Assembly (NCBI GenBank): GCA_038087875.1
Contig: JAXLNO010002317.1
Coordinates: 2,046,001-2,110,000 of the forward strand
Reading direction: 5' to 3'
DNA from: Malacoraja senta
Taxonomy: Eukaryota
Length of the DNA stretch: 64,000 nt
Shown: positions 21,860 through 34,371 of the stretch, piece by piece
Layout of the letters: each line of letters begins with the position of its first letter
Numbering within the stretch: position 1 is the first letter of the stretch
Position numbers and translations under genes: made by a program
Notes under the pieces: model-generated
What the model saw: only the letters and a program-made list of their open reading frames with translations
Databases searched by the model: none
Told to the model about the DNA's origin: nothing

Positions 21860-23043
21860 CCCAAACCTCACGAATCCAGTTAAGTCCAAGTTGACACCTA
21901 CCAGGGTTATGGATTACCTGGGGTTTACAATTAACTCAATCCACATGTCAGTGACACTGCCTAGGGGCAAACAATTAGAGTTAACCAAAGCTTGTAATGA
22001 CCGTATTGTAAAACATAAGCCATCAATTAGACATACGGCAAACTAGTGGCGGCATTTCCAGCAGTGCGTTAAGGACCTTTGCACTATCAAAATTTACAAC
22101 GTGCAAAGGAACAGGCACTTAGATCCCACGCTGGCCTTTACGGTAGACCAATGCAATTGCCAGCCGAGGCCATTTCTGAACTACAATGGTGGATGACGAA
22201 TATACATCATAGCTCCAGGGATATTTTGCTGGATACTCCTTCGGTCGTCTTACAAACCGATGCAAGCGGCCTAGGATGGGGAGCAACTGATACCATCTCC
22301 AGCTGTGGTGGGAGGTGGAATGAGCACGAGTCCTTGATTCTTCGGCAACAAGGTATTAACTACTTAGAGTTGTTGGGGGCTAACTATGGGCTAAAGGCTT
22401 ATTGCAGCACTATGCAACATGTGCATGTTCAGCTCCAGATTGACAACACTACCGCGGTGCCGTATATTAATCACATGGGTGGTGTTAAGTCTGTGTCTTG
22501 TGATAGATTGGCAAATCTTATTTGGCACTGGTGTATTGCAAGGGACATTTGGGTCTCAGCTGTCTACCTACCGGGTAGATACAACACGGTGGCGGACACC
22601 AGATCATGGATTTTCAACGACAACACAGAATAGATGCTGAATCGTGCAGTATTTAACGATATTATTACCCGGTATGGCATCCCGGATATAGATCTGTTCA
22701 CATCCAGATTAAATCACCAATTACCCAAATATGTGTCCTGGGAGCCAGACCCAGGGGCAGTAGCAGTAGATGCGTTTTCACTACACTGGGGAGGAATTTT
22801 TTTTATATGCCTTTCCCCCATTTTGCCTCATCGGCCGATGCTTGGCTAAAATCAAGCAAGACAATGCCAGACATTTTGGTAGTGCCTGACTGGCCTACAC
22901 AGTATTGGTTTCCACAAGTCCTGGGAATTATAACACAGCCTTTTATGACTGTCCCTAAAAGCAGGGAACTTCTCGTTCACCCAGTAACGGGGAACATCCA
23001 TCCTCTACATGACCGAATCAATCTATTGGTTTGCAGATTCTGA
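21860..23043 (+). pseudogene. DIRS pol remnant: RT C-terminus, RNase H, adenine-methyltransferase-like domain
   Basis: NPVKSKLTP...YLGFTINS (RT end). LQTDASGLGWGA, INYLELLGA, IDNTTAV, LPGRYNTVAD (RNase H). IDLFTSRLNHQLPKYVSW...DAF and LVVPDWPTQYWFP (MT-like). Stops and frameshifts present; no YxDD motif found. Confidence 0.85.
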
Positions 23044-23067
23044 GAAGACCATACCTGAGGCTCGGAT

Positions 23068-24010
23068 TGTCTAAATGAACTGTGGATGTGATGACAGCGG
23101 CCTGGAGGGACAGTACACAAAATCAGTATGTCTCTCACATCAAGAAGTGGGAGATGTTCTGTACTGTCTCAAATATCTCGTATAATACAGCACGCATTAC
23201 GGATGTCCTGGAATTTCTATCTGCCCTGTACTATGACAAAAACTGAGCTACAGTGCCATTAATAGTGCCAGAAGCGCACTATCCTCCTATTTAATGCTGG
23301 GGTCAGGGCACCAGACGGTAGGGACGCACCCTTTAATAACTAGGTTCATGAAGGACATTTTTAATTCCATACCACCAAGGCCCCGGTACACGGACATATG
23401 GGACGTAAGCGTAGTGCTTACACTGCTTCGCCAGTGGGCGCCAGCTCCCTCTCTACCCTTATCTAAGCTCACCCTAAAAGTTGTCATGCTTATGGCACTG
23501 GTAACTGCGCAGCAAGTCCAGACTTTGCACAAGCTGCGCCTCGACTTCATGACCACCAATGTAAATATTATAACCTTTTACATAGAGGGCTTGATCAGAG
23601 CAGGCCAGGGGGTGCCAGGGCTCAAGATAGAGTTCCTGGCATATTCCGAGGATCCACGGTTGTGTGTCGTATCACATTTACGCCATTATATTAAGGTCAC
23701 CAAGGACCTCAGAGGCTCTGAGCAATCGGTCCTAATTAGTTACAAAAAGCTTCACCATAAGGTATCAGCACAAACCATTTCCAGATGGTTAAAGGAGGTA
23801 CTGGCGATTGCAGGAGTGAACAATTACACTTTTAAATCTCACTCCACCAGGGCTGCATCTACGTCGGCAGCAAGAGCAATGGACGTACCCCTCGAAAACA
23901 TCCTAGCGGCTGCAGGATGTGCCAATGAACGAATGTTGCACCGGTTTTACAACAAGCCTATTGCTGGACCAAGGGTGTTTGCACGTAGCATTTTAAATTC
24001 TGTTTTGTAG
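23068..24010 (+). pseudogene. DIRS tyrosine recombinase
   Basis: AWRDSTQNQYVSHIKKW N-terminal part, LTLKVVMLMALVTAQQV (first catalytic R appears replaced by Q), HSTRAAS, AAGC (W replaced by C), RFY. Confidence 0.9.
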
Positions 24011-24544
24011 TTTTCCCCCCAGGATGGTAGGGGTTACTATTATTATTTTTTCTTTTTCATATTAAAGCATCAGTTTTATTACCTAACTAAAGTTATGCCT
24101 GAGTGCTTTACCTTTTCACTCATCCATGGTCAATCCATTCAGTGTGTGACGCCTGGACTCATCTCCGGCGTGAAGTCACAGAGCTTTAAAATCTTCACGT
24201 AGTCACTCACGTGACTCCGAAGTAAATTAGTAAGATTAAACGAGAACTTACCAGTTTGAAGTTTGATCTTGATTTTATGAGGAGTTACGATGAGCGATTA
24301 CGTGCCCCCCGCTCCCTCCCTCATATTATCAAGGTCATCTGGTAGTTTCTAGTTCTCAATCTTACTATCCTCAGGTCATTTTCTCTTTTCTGTGATTTCA
24401 CACTGCTGCTTTGAAGATTGACGCGCATGCCGACTAACGTCCCTTCTTCACGTAATCGCTCATCGTAACTCCTCATAAAATCAAGATCAAACTTCAAACT
24501 GGTAAGTTCTCGTTTAATCTTACTATTAAATCTGGTTTGTTTCA

Positions 24545-24845
24545 AATAGTTTAGTTCTTAGTTTTAGTTTTAGAGATACAGAGTGGAAACAGGCACTTCA
24601 GCCCACCGAGTCCGCGCTGACCAGCGATCCCCGCACACTAACACTATCCTACACACACAAGGGACAATTTGCTATTTTATACAAGCCAATTAACCTGCAA
24701 ACCTGTAAGATCTTTGGAGTGTGGGAGGAAACCGGAGCATGGGGAGAACGTACAAACTCTGTAAAGATAGCACCTAGTCAGGATCGAACCCGGGTCTCTG
24801 GCGCTGCGAGGCAGCAGCTCTACCGCTGTGCCACTATGCCGGGCA
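24545..24845 (-). mobile_element. V-SINE (HE1-like)
   Basis: Reverse complement of the A/B box head, V domain and tail. Confidence 0.85.
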
Positions 24846-25184
24846 TATAACAATGCCAAACCAAATTGCCTAGTATGCTCGATTACAAGCTGCTCTTAGA
24901 AGCCATCTCAAAGACACTCTACAAATTCCTTCTCTTGGTATCCAGTACCAACTTGAATTTCCCAGTACCTGCATATTGAAACCCCCATGGCCTTTATCCT
25001 GCTGCAACTTTACAGCACCTTCCTTGCCAACCACAACATCACAAATTTTCATATCACCTGAAAATTTGCAAATTATACTTTCTCCCACTGGAGACACAAA
25101 AGACTGCAGATGCTGGAATCTGCAGTGACATTCCGTCTGCTGAGGGAACTCAGCGCGTCAGGCAGCATTTCATAAGTTTGTAAG

Positions 25185-26050
25185 ATACAGTAGCAGACTT
25201 AGGCCATTCGGCCCATCGAGTCCACTCTGCCATTCAATCATGGCTGATCTATCTTTCCCTCTCGACCCCATAATCCTGCCTTCTCCCCATAACCACTGAC
25301 ACATGTACTAATCAAGAATCTGTCAATCTCCGCCTTGAAAACACATTGACTTGGCCTCCACAGCCATCTGTGGCACTGAATTCCACAGATTCACCACCCT
25401 CTGGCTAAAGAAATGCCTCCTCACCTCCTTCCTAAAACTACGTCCTTTTATTCTCAGGCAGTGCCTTCTGGTCCGAGACTCTCCAACTAAAATTATCCGC
25501 TGACGACCTCCACAGCCTTCTGTGACAAAGAATTCCACAGATTCACCACCCGCTGACTACCGAAATTCCTACTCATCTCCTTCCTAAGAGAACGTCCTTT
25601 AATTCCTAGGCTATGACCTCTCCCATTAGTGGAAACATCCTCTCCACATCCACTCTTTCCAGGATTTTCACTATCGGTACGTTTCAATGAGGTACCCCCT
25701 CATCCTTCTAAACTCCAGCGAGTACAGGCCCAGTGCCGTCAAATGCTCATCGTACGTTAACCCACTCATTCTCCAGGATCGTTCTCGTAAACCTCCTCTG
25801 GGCCCTCTCCAACGCCAGCACATCCTTCCTCAGATATGGGGCCTAATACTCTTCACAATATTTTCTGGTGAGGTGGGGGGAGGAATTTCTGCAACCTCAT
25901 CGAGTCATAGGGCAGGGAAACAGGCCTTTCGGCCCTACTCATCCATACTGACCGAGAACCCCCATTCAAACTAGTCCCATTTTCCTGCGTTTGGCCCTTA
26001 TCCAACTGAACCTATCCTCTCCACGTACCTGCGCAAGTGTCTTTTAAAGT
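25185..26050 (-). mobile_element. Stacked CR1 3' fragments
   Basis: VGESRTRRHCLRIKG, SQRVVNLWNS motifs and CR1 3' UTRs. Confidence 0.8.
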
Positions 26051-26054
26051 GTAG

Positions 26055-26620
26055 CATGATGGCGCAGCGATAGAGTTGCTGCCTCACAGAGCCAGAGACC
26101 CGGGTTTGATCCTGACTACTGGTGCTTGTCTGTATGGAGTTTGTACATTCTCTCCGTGACCGGCGTGGGCTTTCTCCAGGATCTCCAGTTGCCACCCACA
26201 CTCCAGGTTTGTAGGTTAATTGGCTTGGTGTCATTATAAATCGTCCCAAGCGTGTGTTGGGTAGCGTTAGTGTGCGGGGTGATTGATAGTCAGCGTTGGC
26301 TCGGTGGGCTGAAGGGCCTGTTTCCACGCTGTATCGCCAAACTAAATACAGAACTAGTGTGTGAATGGGTGAATGATAGTCAATGCGGACTCGGTGGGCC
26401 AAAGGGCCTGTTTCCACGCTGTATCGCCAAACTAAACATAGAACTAGTGTGTGAACGGGTGATCGTTGGTCAGCATGGACTCAGTGAGCCTGTTTCCACG
26501 CTGTATCTCTAAACTAAACGTAGATCGAATGTGTGATTGGGTGATCGATGGTCAGCACGGACCCGGTGGGCCGAAGGGCCTATTTTCACACTATCTCTTA
26601 ACTGAACTGAACTAAACTAA
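26055..26620 (+). mobile_element. V-SINE with four tandem tail units
   Basis: tggcgcagcgatag A box, gggtttgatcc B box, repeated gggccgaagggcctgtttccacgctgtatc tails. Confidence 0.85.
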
Positions 26621-26684
26621 ATGTTGTTATTGTACTTGCCTCAACTACTTCCACTGGCAGCTTGTTCCACAACCCCCCATCAAC

Positions 26685-27725
26685 TAGCAATGTTACAACA
26701 TTTTGAGATTTAAAAAATAAAGTCTGCAATTTATCCCATCAGATAAAGCATAAAAAGAAGTTTAATTTGACACTTAATTCACTTTCATATCTTCAGTATT
26801 AAAAAAGTTATGGCCATTATCATACTCAGAAATTAGCATCTAGTTCCCTATTGCTTTTCCATTGGCTTAACACAAAAGCTGTGATCGAGGACAGTTAAAA
26901 GCCCATAACTTTCTTAAAAATTATGGTAACTGAAAGAAATTTTCAGGTATTATAGATTGAAGCATTCTGAAACAAATATGAAACAATCTTACTTCGAAGA
27001 CATGAAAGTAAAGCATATAATTAGTTAGTTACCTAATTGTAGCTAATTACAAAATTCAATTACTAGATCTAAACATCTATCAATTTCTTAAGAATAGATT
27101 AACATTTTTAAATAGCCTAAGTGTCCAAATAACATTCACACAATAATTCACAATATAACATAATTTTTAAATCTAATTTTCATGAATTTACAGGCCAAAT
27201 GGAAGGAATTGAATGTTTAATACCTGTAAATTAATGGGGATTTAATTCATCTTGCGAGTGAGAATTTCTGGAACGCGATCTTTTGGAACGTTCATTTGCG
27301 GTGAATTTAACCCCGTATTGGCATGAAAAATACTGCCGTTAATTCGGGGAATAAAATCACCGTGTCGCATGACAAAATGTGAATTAAAGGCTTCTTAAGA
27401 AGCACTTTTATACATTTAAAGAAAGCACTTTCGTTTACCTGTCCATTGTGTGAAATCCGTCCCCGTTATTGGCGTTGACGCTTCAGGAGCTGCTTTTAAA
27501 ATGACTGTAGCGCTGACATTGACGATTTAATTTAAAAAAAAAATTCACAAATCGCCGGTAGGAACGATTTTGTCAGCGAAGGTTTGTACTCCAACAAAAT
27601 ATTTCCAGGACAAGGGAGGAGAAACCGCGTTTTAACCCCGCCCCCCCCTTAAAGGCGCCAAAATCGCGCACACGGCCAGTGGCAGAATTACAGCGCGACT
27701 GAAGGTAAGTTTTGTAACATACCTA
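26685..27725. mobile_element. Non-autonomous DNA transposon (~1.04 kb) with TAG...CTA ends
   Basis: Imperfect 19-bp TIR (tagcaatgttacaacattt vs taggtatgttacaaaactt). 7-bp TSD catcaac at 26678-26684 and 27726-27732. It interrupts a CR1 fragment that continues on both sides. Confidence 0.75.
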
Positions 27726-27874
27726 CATCAACCTCTGTATGAATAGCCTCTTACTTCAAATTTAGTAAAGATCAGCTTAGAGCCCTAGGCTGTTCCTCAG
27801 ATACCTTCCCTAATTCTTGTACCAGGCACCTTGTGGGACGAAACCACATGGCAGAACAGTTGCCGTTGATGTCA

Positions 27875-28350
27875 ATTTAGCTTAGTTTTACAGTTTAGAG
27901 ATACAGTGCGGAAACGGGCTCTTCGGCCCATCGAGTCCGCTCCGACAATCGATCACCCTTTCACACACTACTTCCATGTTTAGTTTAGAGACACAGCATG
28001 GCAACAGGCCCATCATCCCACCGAGTCCATGCCGACTTGCAATCACCCGTTCACAAACTAGTTCTGTGTTTAGTTTAGTGACACAGCGTGGAAACAGGCC
28101 CTTCGGCCCACACTGACCAGTGACCAACGCTGTCCTACACACACTTCGGACAAATGAAAACGTTTTTACCGAAGTCTAATTAACCTATAAACCCGTACGT
28201 CTTTGGAACGTGGAAGGAACCGGAGATCCCGGAGAAAATCCACGCAGATCACAGGGAGAACGTACAAACTCAGTACAGACAGCACCTGTAGTCAGGATCG
28301 AAGTCGGGTCTCTGGCGCTGTGAGGCAGCAACTCTACCGCTGGGCCACTG
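27875..28350 (-). mobile_element. V-SINE with tandem tail units
   Basis: Reverse-complement head at ~28300-28350 and three tail units at 27875-28130. Confidence 0.8.
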
Positions 28351-28627
28351 TGCGTCATCATGTTACTTGGCAAATATTAGCAGAAAGTCTAACGATTATG
28401 AAGCTTTTAAAAAACAAAAGAAGGCATCTAGATTGCTCATAAGGTCATAAGTGATAGGAGTAGAATTAGGCCATTTGGCCCATCAAGTCTACTCTACCAT
28501 TCAATCATGGCTGATCTATCATTCTCTCTTAACCCCATTGTCCTGCCTTCTCCCCTTAACCCCTGACACCCGTACTAATTCATAATCTTTCTATCCCTGC
28601 CTTAACAATATCCACTGACTTAACCAC

Positions 28628-29310
28628 CAGGTGGCGTCAACAATGACTGCCTCGCCAACAGTCTATCTGGTCCGTCCTTTTTTGTTGTCCGTTTGTGTGT
28701 TTTAAATGTATGTTTTCAGTGGTTTTTAGCGTTTTATGTGGGGAGTGGGGGAGAAGTTGGGGGAAACTTTTCCTCATCACTTACCTCAACGGAGATGCGA
28801 TTTTCTTCCGTATCATATCTCCGTCTGCATTGCGGTCCAACATCGAGGAGTTGGCGACCTTTGCTGGAGACCGACTTCGAGATTTCCACCCCGGGTGCCT
28901 ACACGGAGCTTGTGATCCCTGTCGGGGGTCGATTTTGGGGCTCCAACCGTGGGTGCCTGTGAACTTTAACATCACGGAGCTTGCGGTCTCTGGTTAGAGA
29001 CCGACTTCAGGAAACTCCAAGCTGCAGAAGCTTTGATCGCCCCGACGCGGGGTCTTCCACCGCCGGCTGCGGGAGCTTCAATCCCCGAGACTGCGGATGG
29101 TTAGATTGCCCCGACCGCAGGAGAATAAAAGAGGAAGAAGTTTGGACTTTATTGCCTTCGATCACAGTGAGGATCGTGGTGTGGTGGATGTTCATGTTAA
29201 CTTATGTTAACTTTTATGTAGTTCTGTCTCTTGTTGCTTTTTTTTGGTAATTCGAATTTCACTGTACCTTAAATGGTACATGTAACAATAAACTGACCTT
29301 GAAAGCTTGA
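28628..29310 (+). repeat. Unclassified GC-rich interspersed repeat with LINE-like tail
   Basis: Same layout as 38680-39360 (minus) and the copies at 49540-50340 and 56064-56760: T-rich leader, CpG-rich body, ggactt...cacagtg motif, ttcact...caataaa tail. Confidence 0.55.
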
Positions 29311-29816
29311 ATTGGCCTCCACAGCCTTCTGTGGCAAAGAATTCCACAGATTCACCACCCTCTGACTAAAGAAATTCCTCCTCATTTCCTTCCTAAAAGA
29401 ATGTCCTTTAATTCTGAGGCTGTGACCTCTCCCACTGGCGGAAATATCCTCTCCACATCCACTCTATCCAAGCCTTTCATTATTCGGTAAGTTTCATTGA
29501 GGTCCCCCCTCATTCTCGAAACTCCTGCGAGTGCAGGCCCAGTGCCGTCAAACGCTCATCATATGTAAACCCACTCATTCCTGGGACCATTCTTGTAAAC
29601 CTCCTCTGGACCCTCTCCAGAGCCAGCACATCCTTCATCAGACATGGGGCTCAAAATTGCTCACAATATTCCAAATGTGGCCTGACCAGCACCTTATAGA
29701 GTCTCAGCATTGCATCCGTGTTGCTTAATGTATATTGGTGGCTGGAGTTTTACTGCAATCACTTTCTCTTCCAGACTGGGAGATCGGATAGCTGACGGGA
29801 TATCTGGAATCGGACA

Positions 29817-29856
29817 ATGATCGGGAGATCGTTCTTCCTGCTCTCCCTTCTCCAAG
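29817..29856 (+). CDS. Siglec/MAG-like gene, signal-peptide exon (exon 29775-29856)
   Basis: tttctcttccag acceptor. ATG at 29817 gives MIGRSFFLLSLLQ. Phase-1 donor CAAG|gt splices in frame to the V-set exon (G+CC = Ala). The donor (gtacca) is weak. Confidence 0.75.
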
Positions 29857-29964
29857 GTACCATCAGCAACTCAGAAGTGTTTATGGGCGAGGAGGGTTTT
29901 ACTGGTTGGCTGCCAGTGACTAGCGGAGTTCCGCAGTGGTCAGTGCAGGGGCCGCTACGATCAT

Positions 29965-30495
29965 TTCCCTGAACACCTTCACTCAGTCTGCCTGGACCTA
30001 CCTGACATCCCAGTTGCCAAACACTTTAATTCCCCTTCCCATTCCCACACTGAACTTTTTGTCCTAGTTCTCCTCCACTGTCAGAGTGAGGCCAAATGCA
30101 AATTGCAGGAACAGCATCTCATATTTTGCTTGGGCAGCTTACAACCCAGTGGTATGAATATTGATTTATCTCACTTCAAGTAAACCCTGCATTCCTTCTC
30201 TCTCCATCCCTCCCCCACACAGGCCGCACCAGCTTCTCGTTCTCACCCAACAAACAGCTAATAATGGCTTGTTTTTTTTTATCATCATTACATTTTTGCA
30301 TATCTTTCATTCATTGTTCTGATTCTCTCTACATCATCGTTTGTCTCTCTTGTTTCCCTTTCCCAAGCCTTTCAGTCTGAAGAAGGGTCTCGACCCGAAA
30401 CGTCACCCATTCCTTCTCTCCAGAGATGCTAAGTTACTCCAGATTTTTGTGTCAATCTTCAGTTTAAACCAGTATCCGCAGTTCCTTCCTGTACA
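29965..30495 (+). mobile_element. PLE fragment (decayed GIY-YIG, 3' UTR, pLTR with intact hammerhead motif)
   Basis: PDIPVAKHFNSP-like coding remnant. CTGAAGA...GAAACGTC at 30377-30404. Confidence 0.8.
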
Positions 30496-30702
30496 CCACT
30501 ACTCTTCACGTTGTATATTAATATGATTTGGACGAGGGGATTGAAAGCTTTGTGGCCAAGTTTGCAGATTATATGAAAATAGGTGGAGGGGCAGGTAGTG
30601 TAGAGAAAGCAGGGACTCTGCAGATGGACTTGGACAGGTTGGGAGAGTGGGCGGGGATGTGGAAGATGGAATATAGTGTAGCAAAGGAGGGAGCGCTGCA
30701 CT

Positions 30703-31050
30703 GTTTTTTTAATCAAAAATAATTCATTTAATTACGATCACGATACAAAACCCCCCAAAAAACCAAACCGTGGTGACACACCCTCCACCATATTACAAAA
30801 TCACCAAATTATTCAGACACTAAATTTCCTAATCACTATGTTACAAATATAATAAATAACTACGATATAACCATGTGCCTCTCTAACACCACCCGGGCGC
30901 GGATGTAACCCCGGTAAAGATGCAAGCAACTGGCTCGGGCAAAGTCCTCTTCTGCCTGGCGCCGTGACTTGCGGATGGCCAGCTTGGCCAGGCCTAGGAG
31001 CAACCCAACCAGGCCATCTTCGGCCCTGCCCACTGCCTAGATCCCGTCAC
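30703..31050 (-). mobile_element. Tx1-clade LINE 3' fragment
   Basis: Minus-strand GRAEDGLVGLLLGLAKLAIRKSRRQ...CLHLYRGYIRARVVLER matches the Tx1 ORF2 C-terminus. A-rich tail at ~30703-30720. Confidence 0.7.
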
Positions 31051-31164
31051 AAGTCCTTCGGTCGCTGACAGCAGAGTCACTCCTCCCCCTACGGACCCTA
31101 GGTGGAGTGGCGGTGCTGCTTGCCCTCTGGACCCTGGCTACAAGGGACAGTCTACTGATCCCTG

Positions 31165-31660
31165 GGAGCACCGCATTGTGGGAGGGGCAGTGAGGAGGGA
31201 GTGACGCACTGTGGGAGGGGCGGTGAGGAGTGACGCACTGTGGGAGGGGCAGTGAGGAGGGAGTGACACACTGTGGGAGGGAGTGACGCACTGTGGGAGG
31301 GGCGGTGAGGAGGGAGTGACACTGGGAGGGGCGGTGAGGAGAGTGATGCACTGTGGGAGGGGCGGTGAGGAGGGAGTGACACACTGGGAGGGGCGGTGAG
31401 GAGGGAGTGACACACTGGGAGGGGCTGTGAGGAGGGAGTGACACTGGGAGGGGCGGTGAGGAGGGAGTGACACACTGGGAGGGGCGGTGAGGAGGGAGTG
31501 ACACAATGTGGGTGGGGCGGTGAGGAGGGAGTGACACACTGGGAGGGGCGGTGAGGAGGGAGTGACACACTGGGAGGGGCGGTGAGGAGGGAGTGAAGCA
31601 CTGTGGGAGGAGTAGTGAGGAGGGAGTGACACACTGTGGGAGGGGCGGTGAGGAGGGAGG
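31165..31660 (+). repeat. GA-rich minisatellite, ~30-32 bp unit (GGAGGGGCGGTGAGGAGGGAGTGACACACT)
   Basis: Directly visible. Inverted copy at ~63765-64000. Confidence 0.95.
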
Positions 31661-31795
31661 CTCTACCACTACACCACCATGCCGCTCTTCTACGCTCCAC
31701 ACACCAGGTCCACAGCGCAGGACAAAAGGTGTGGAAAGTGAGTCCAGTGAACTGACAGGGTGTTCACTGCTAAAGATTGTTCCTTCTCTCCTCAG

Positions 31796-32164
31796 CCGTG
31801 ATGTCGGGACTGTGGAGAGCGGACATTCCACGAGATGTGACAGCGCAGAATGGTTTGTGTGCACGGATTCCGTGTCACTACAGGTACCCGTCGAATCTGA
31901 ACAATAAACCACGGACTGGAATCTGGTTTAACAGTGGGATGCAGGACAACAAAGGTTCTGTACCCTTCCACTCCAGGTATTCCAATCGAGAATCAACAAA
32001 GTTTCAGCATCGGACCCGGCTGTCAGGTGTCCTGAGAGACAACGACTGTTCCCTGATTATAGACAACGTCACGCAGCAAGATGCGGGTCCTTATTATTTC
32101 AGAGTTAATTTTGGAGGGGGGAATCGTTACAACTACCCCACTGTAACATGGCTCAGTGTTACTG
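31796..32164 (+). CDS. Siglec/MAG-like gene, V-set sialic-acid-binding domain exon
   Basis: ctcag acceptor and gtaagt donor, 369 bp, phase 1-1. LWRADIP, LCARIPC, DCSL (Siglec-type B-E disulfide pattern) and DAGPYYFRV with the F-strand Arg. Confidence 0.92.
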
Positions 32165-33154
32165 GTAAGTGCTCTGTCTAATTCACTCATTCACTCAACA
32201 GTTTCTTCCCAGCTGTTATCAGGCAACTGAACCATCCTACCACAACCATAGAGCAATGCTGAACTATCATCAACCTCACTGGTGACCCTCGGACTATCCT
32301 TGATCGGACTTTGGACTGTACACGTTACCTATTCACACACACACACCACAGCATCAGGATCCTTCTGGTTCATTTCTGGATCATCGTGACACCTCCAGTT
32401 TTTACACTGTTATTACCAGGTTTTCATTGCCCATAAATGCTCCTAATATCGACTCCATCTACACTTCACTCAGCCTGAACTAAACTAAACAATGACTGTC
32501 TTATCCTTACTGCCCTTAGTGGAGAACTCTGTCCCCATCTTCCCGATCACAGGTCATCATAACATTCCTGATCCCCGCCCTTTTCAACCTCCCCTGCCCA
32601 TTGTACCTCCTTGTTCAGGGATCATCCTTGTTTAGTTTTGTTTGGTTAGTTAATTTTATTGCCACGTGTACCGTGGTACAGTGGAAAGCTTTTTTGTTGC
32701 GTGCTATCCAGTCAGCGGAAAGACAATACATGATTACAATCGAGCCGTTTACAGTGTTCAGCTGCATGATAAGGGAATAACGTTTAGTGCAAGGTTAAGC
32801 CAGCAAAGTCCGATCAGGGATAGTCTGAAGGTCACCAATGAGGTAGATAGTGGTTCAGGACCGCTCTCTGGTTATAGTTGGATGGTTCAGTTGCCTGATA
32901 ACAGCTGGGAAGAAACTGTCCCTGAAACTGGAGGTGGGCGTTTTCACACTTCTGTACCTTCTATACTTGCCCGGTGGAAGAGGTGAGAAGAGGGAGTGAC
33001 CGGGGAGAGACTGGTCCTTGATAATCTGGAGGTGTGTGTTTTCCCACTTCTATACCTTGTAAAAACATCCTTCCTCGTGTGGGACTGGGATTACAATGTG
33101 AACCGATGTATCCAGTGATATTTAACTAACAGTATCTGTTTCTGTGTGTGTTAG

Positions 33155-33448
33155 ATTTCACAGATAAACCCACGATATTCCCTGCTGAAATGGTGGCAGG
33201 TCAGCCTGTGAACATGACCTGCTCCTTCAACACCACGTGTAATGGAACGGCCCCCACCTTAACCTGGGTCACCCCCGCTGATGAACCACCGCCAGCCTCA
33301 CACAGCGTAACTCAGCGGGGAGACACTCTGACATATACTTCTGTTCTGTCCCTGACCCCAACGCTCAAACATCACGGGAAAAACCTCACCTGCAGAGTCA
33401 CATACCCAACTGTCTCATCGGAGCAGATCCTCACAATGACTGTGCAAT
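33155..33448 (+). CDS. Siglec/MAG-like gene, C2-set domain 2 exon
   Basis: ttag acceptor and gtaagt donor, 294 bp, phase 1-1. KPTIFP...TCSFNTTC...PTLTW...SVLSLTP...HHGKNLTCRV. The extra Cys fits the Siglec D1-D2 disulfide. Confidence 0.92.
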
Positions 33449-34371
33449 GTAAGTATGGAGATCGTTTATTGTGCAGGAACAGCAATAATCCATTAGCAGT
33501 GCTGGTACATAAGGTCATAGGCGATATGAGCAGAATTAGGCCATTCGGCCCATCAAGTCTACTCTGCCATTCAAGCATGGCTGATGTATCTCTCCTAACC
33601 CCTTTCTTCTGCCTTCTCCCCATAACCTCTGACATCCATACTAATCAAATCAACATCAAAAGCTGGAGTAACTCAGCGGGACAGGCAGCATCTCTGGAGA
33701 GAAGGAATGGGTGACGTTTCGGGTCGAGAGCGTTCTTCAGAGTGAAAGTCACGGGAAAGGGAAACGAGAGATATAGACGATGATGTAGAGAGATGTAGGA
33801 CCTACCTGATCTCCCGGTTGCTAAACACTTTAATTCTCCTTCCCATTCCCAAACTGACTTTTCTAGGACTCCTCCACTGTCAGAGGGAGGCTAAACGCAA
33901 ATTGGAGGATCAGCATCTCATATATTGGGCCGTTTACAGCCCAGTGGTATGAATATTGATTTTTCTAACTTCAGGTAGCCCCGGCATTCCCTCTCTCTCC
34001 ATCCCTCCACCACCCAAGTCGCACCAGCTTCTTGTTCTCACCCAACAAACAGCTAACAATGACCTGTTTCCTTTATCATCGTTAATTTTTTGCGTATCTT
34101 TCATTCTTTGTTCTATATCTCTCTACACTGTCTATATCTCTAATTTCCTTAAACATAGAAGTCGGTGTGGACTCAGTGGGTCAAAGGGTCTGTTTCCACA
34201 CTGTATCTCTAAACTAACGTGTGAACGGGTGATCGATGGTCGGCGCAGACTGGGTGGGCCAAAGGGCCTTTTTCCGCGCTGTATCTCTAAAGTCTAAAGA
34301 CTAAAGTCTTTTACAATCCAAGGGTCACGGAAGTGCCGCAAAACTGGTTGCTGAGTTTTATCTGTTTGCAG

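Larger units (their letters stand above)
20469..24525 (+). mobile_element. DIRS1-like tyrosine-recombinase retrotransposon, degenerate, ~4.06 kb
   Basis: Inverted termini (20495-20530 vs 24417-24452). Internal complementary region 24192-24304 is complementary to both ends. Contains gag-like, RT remnant, RNase H, methyltransferase-like and YR coding regions. Confidence 0.93.
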
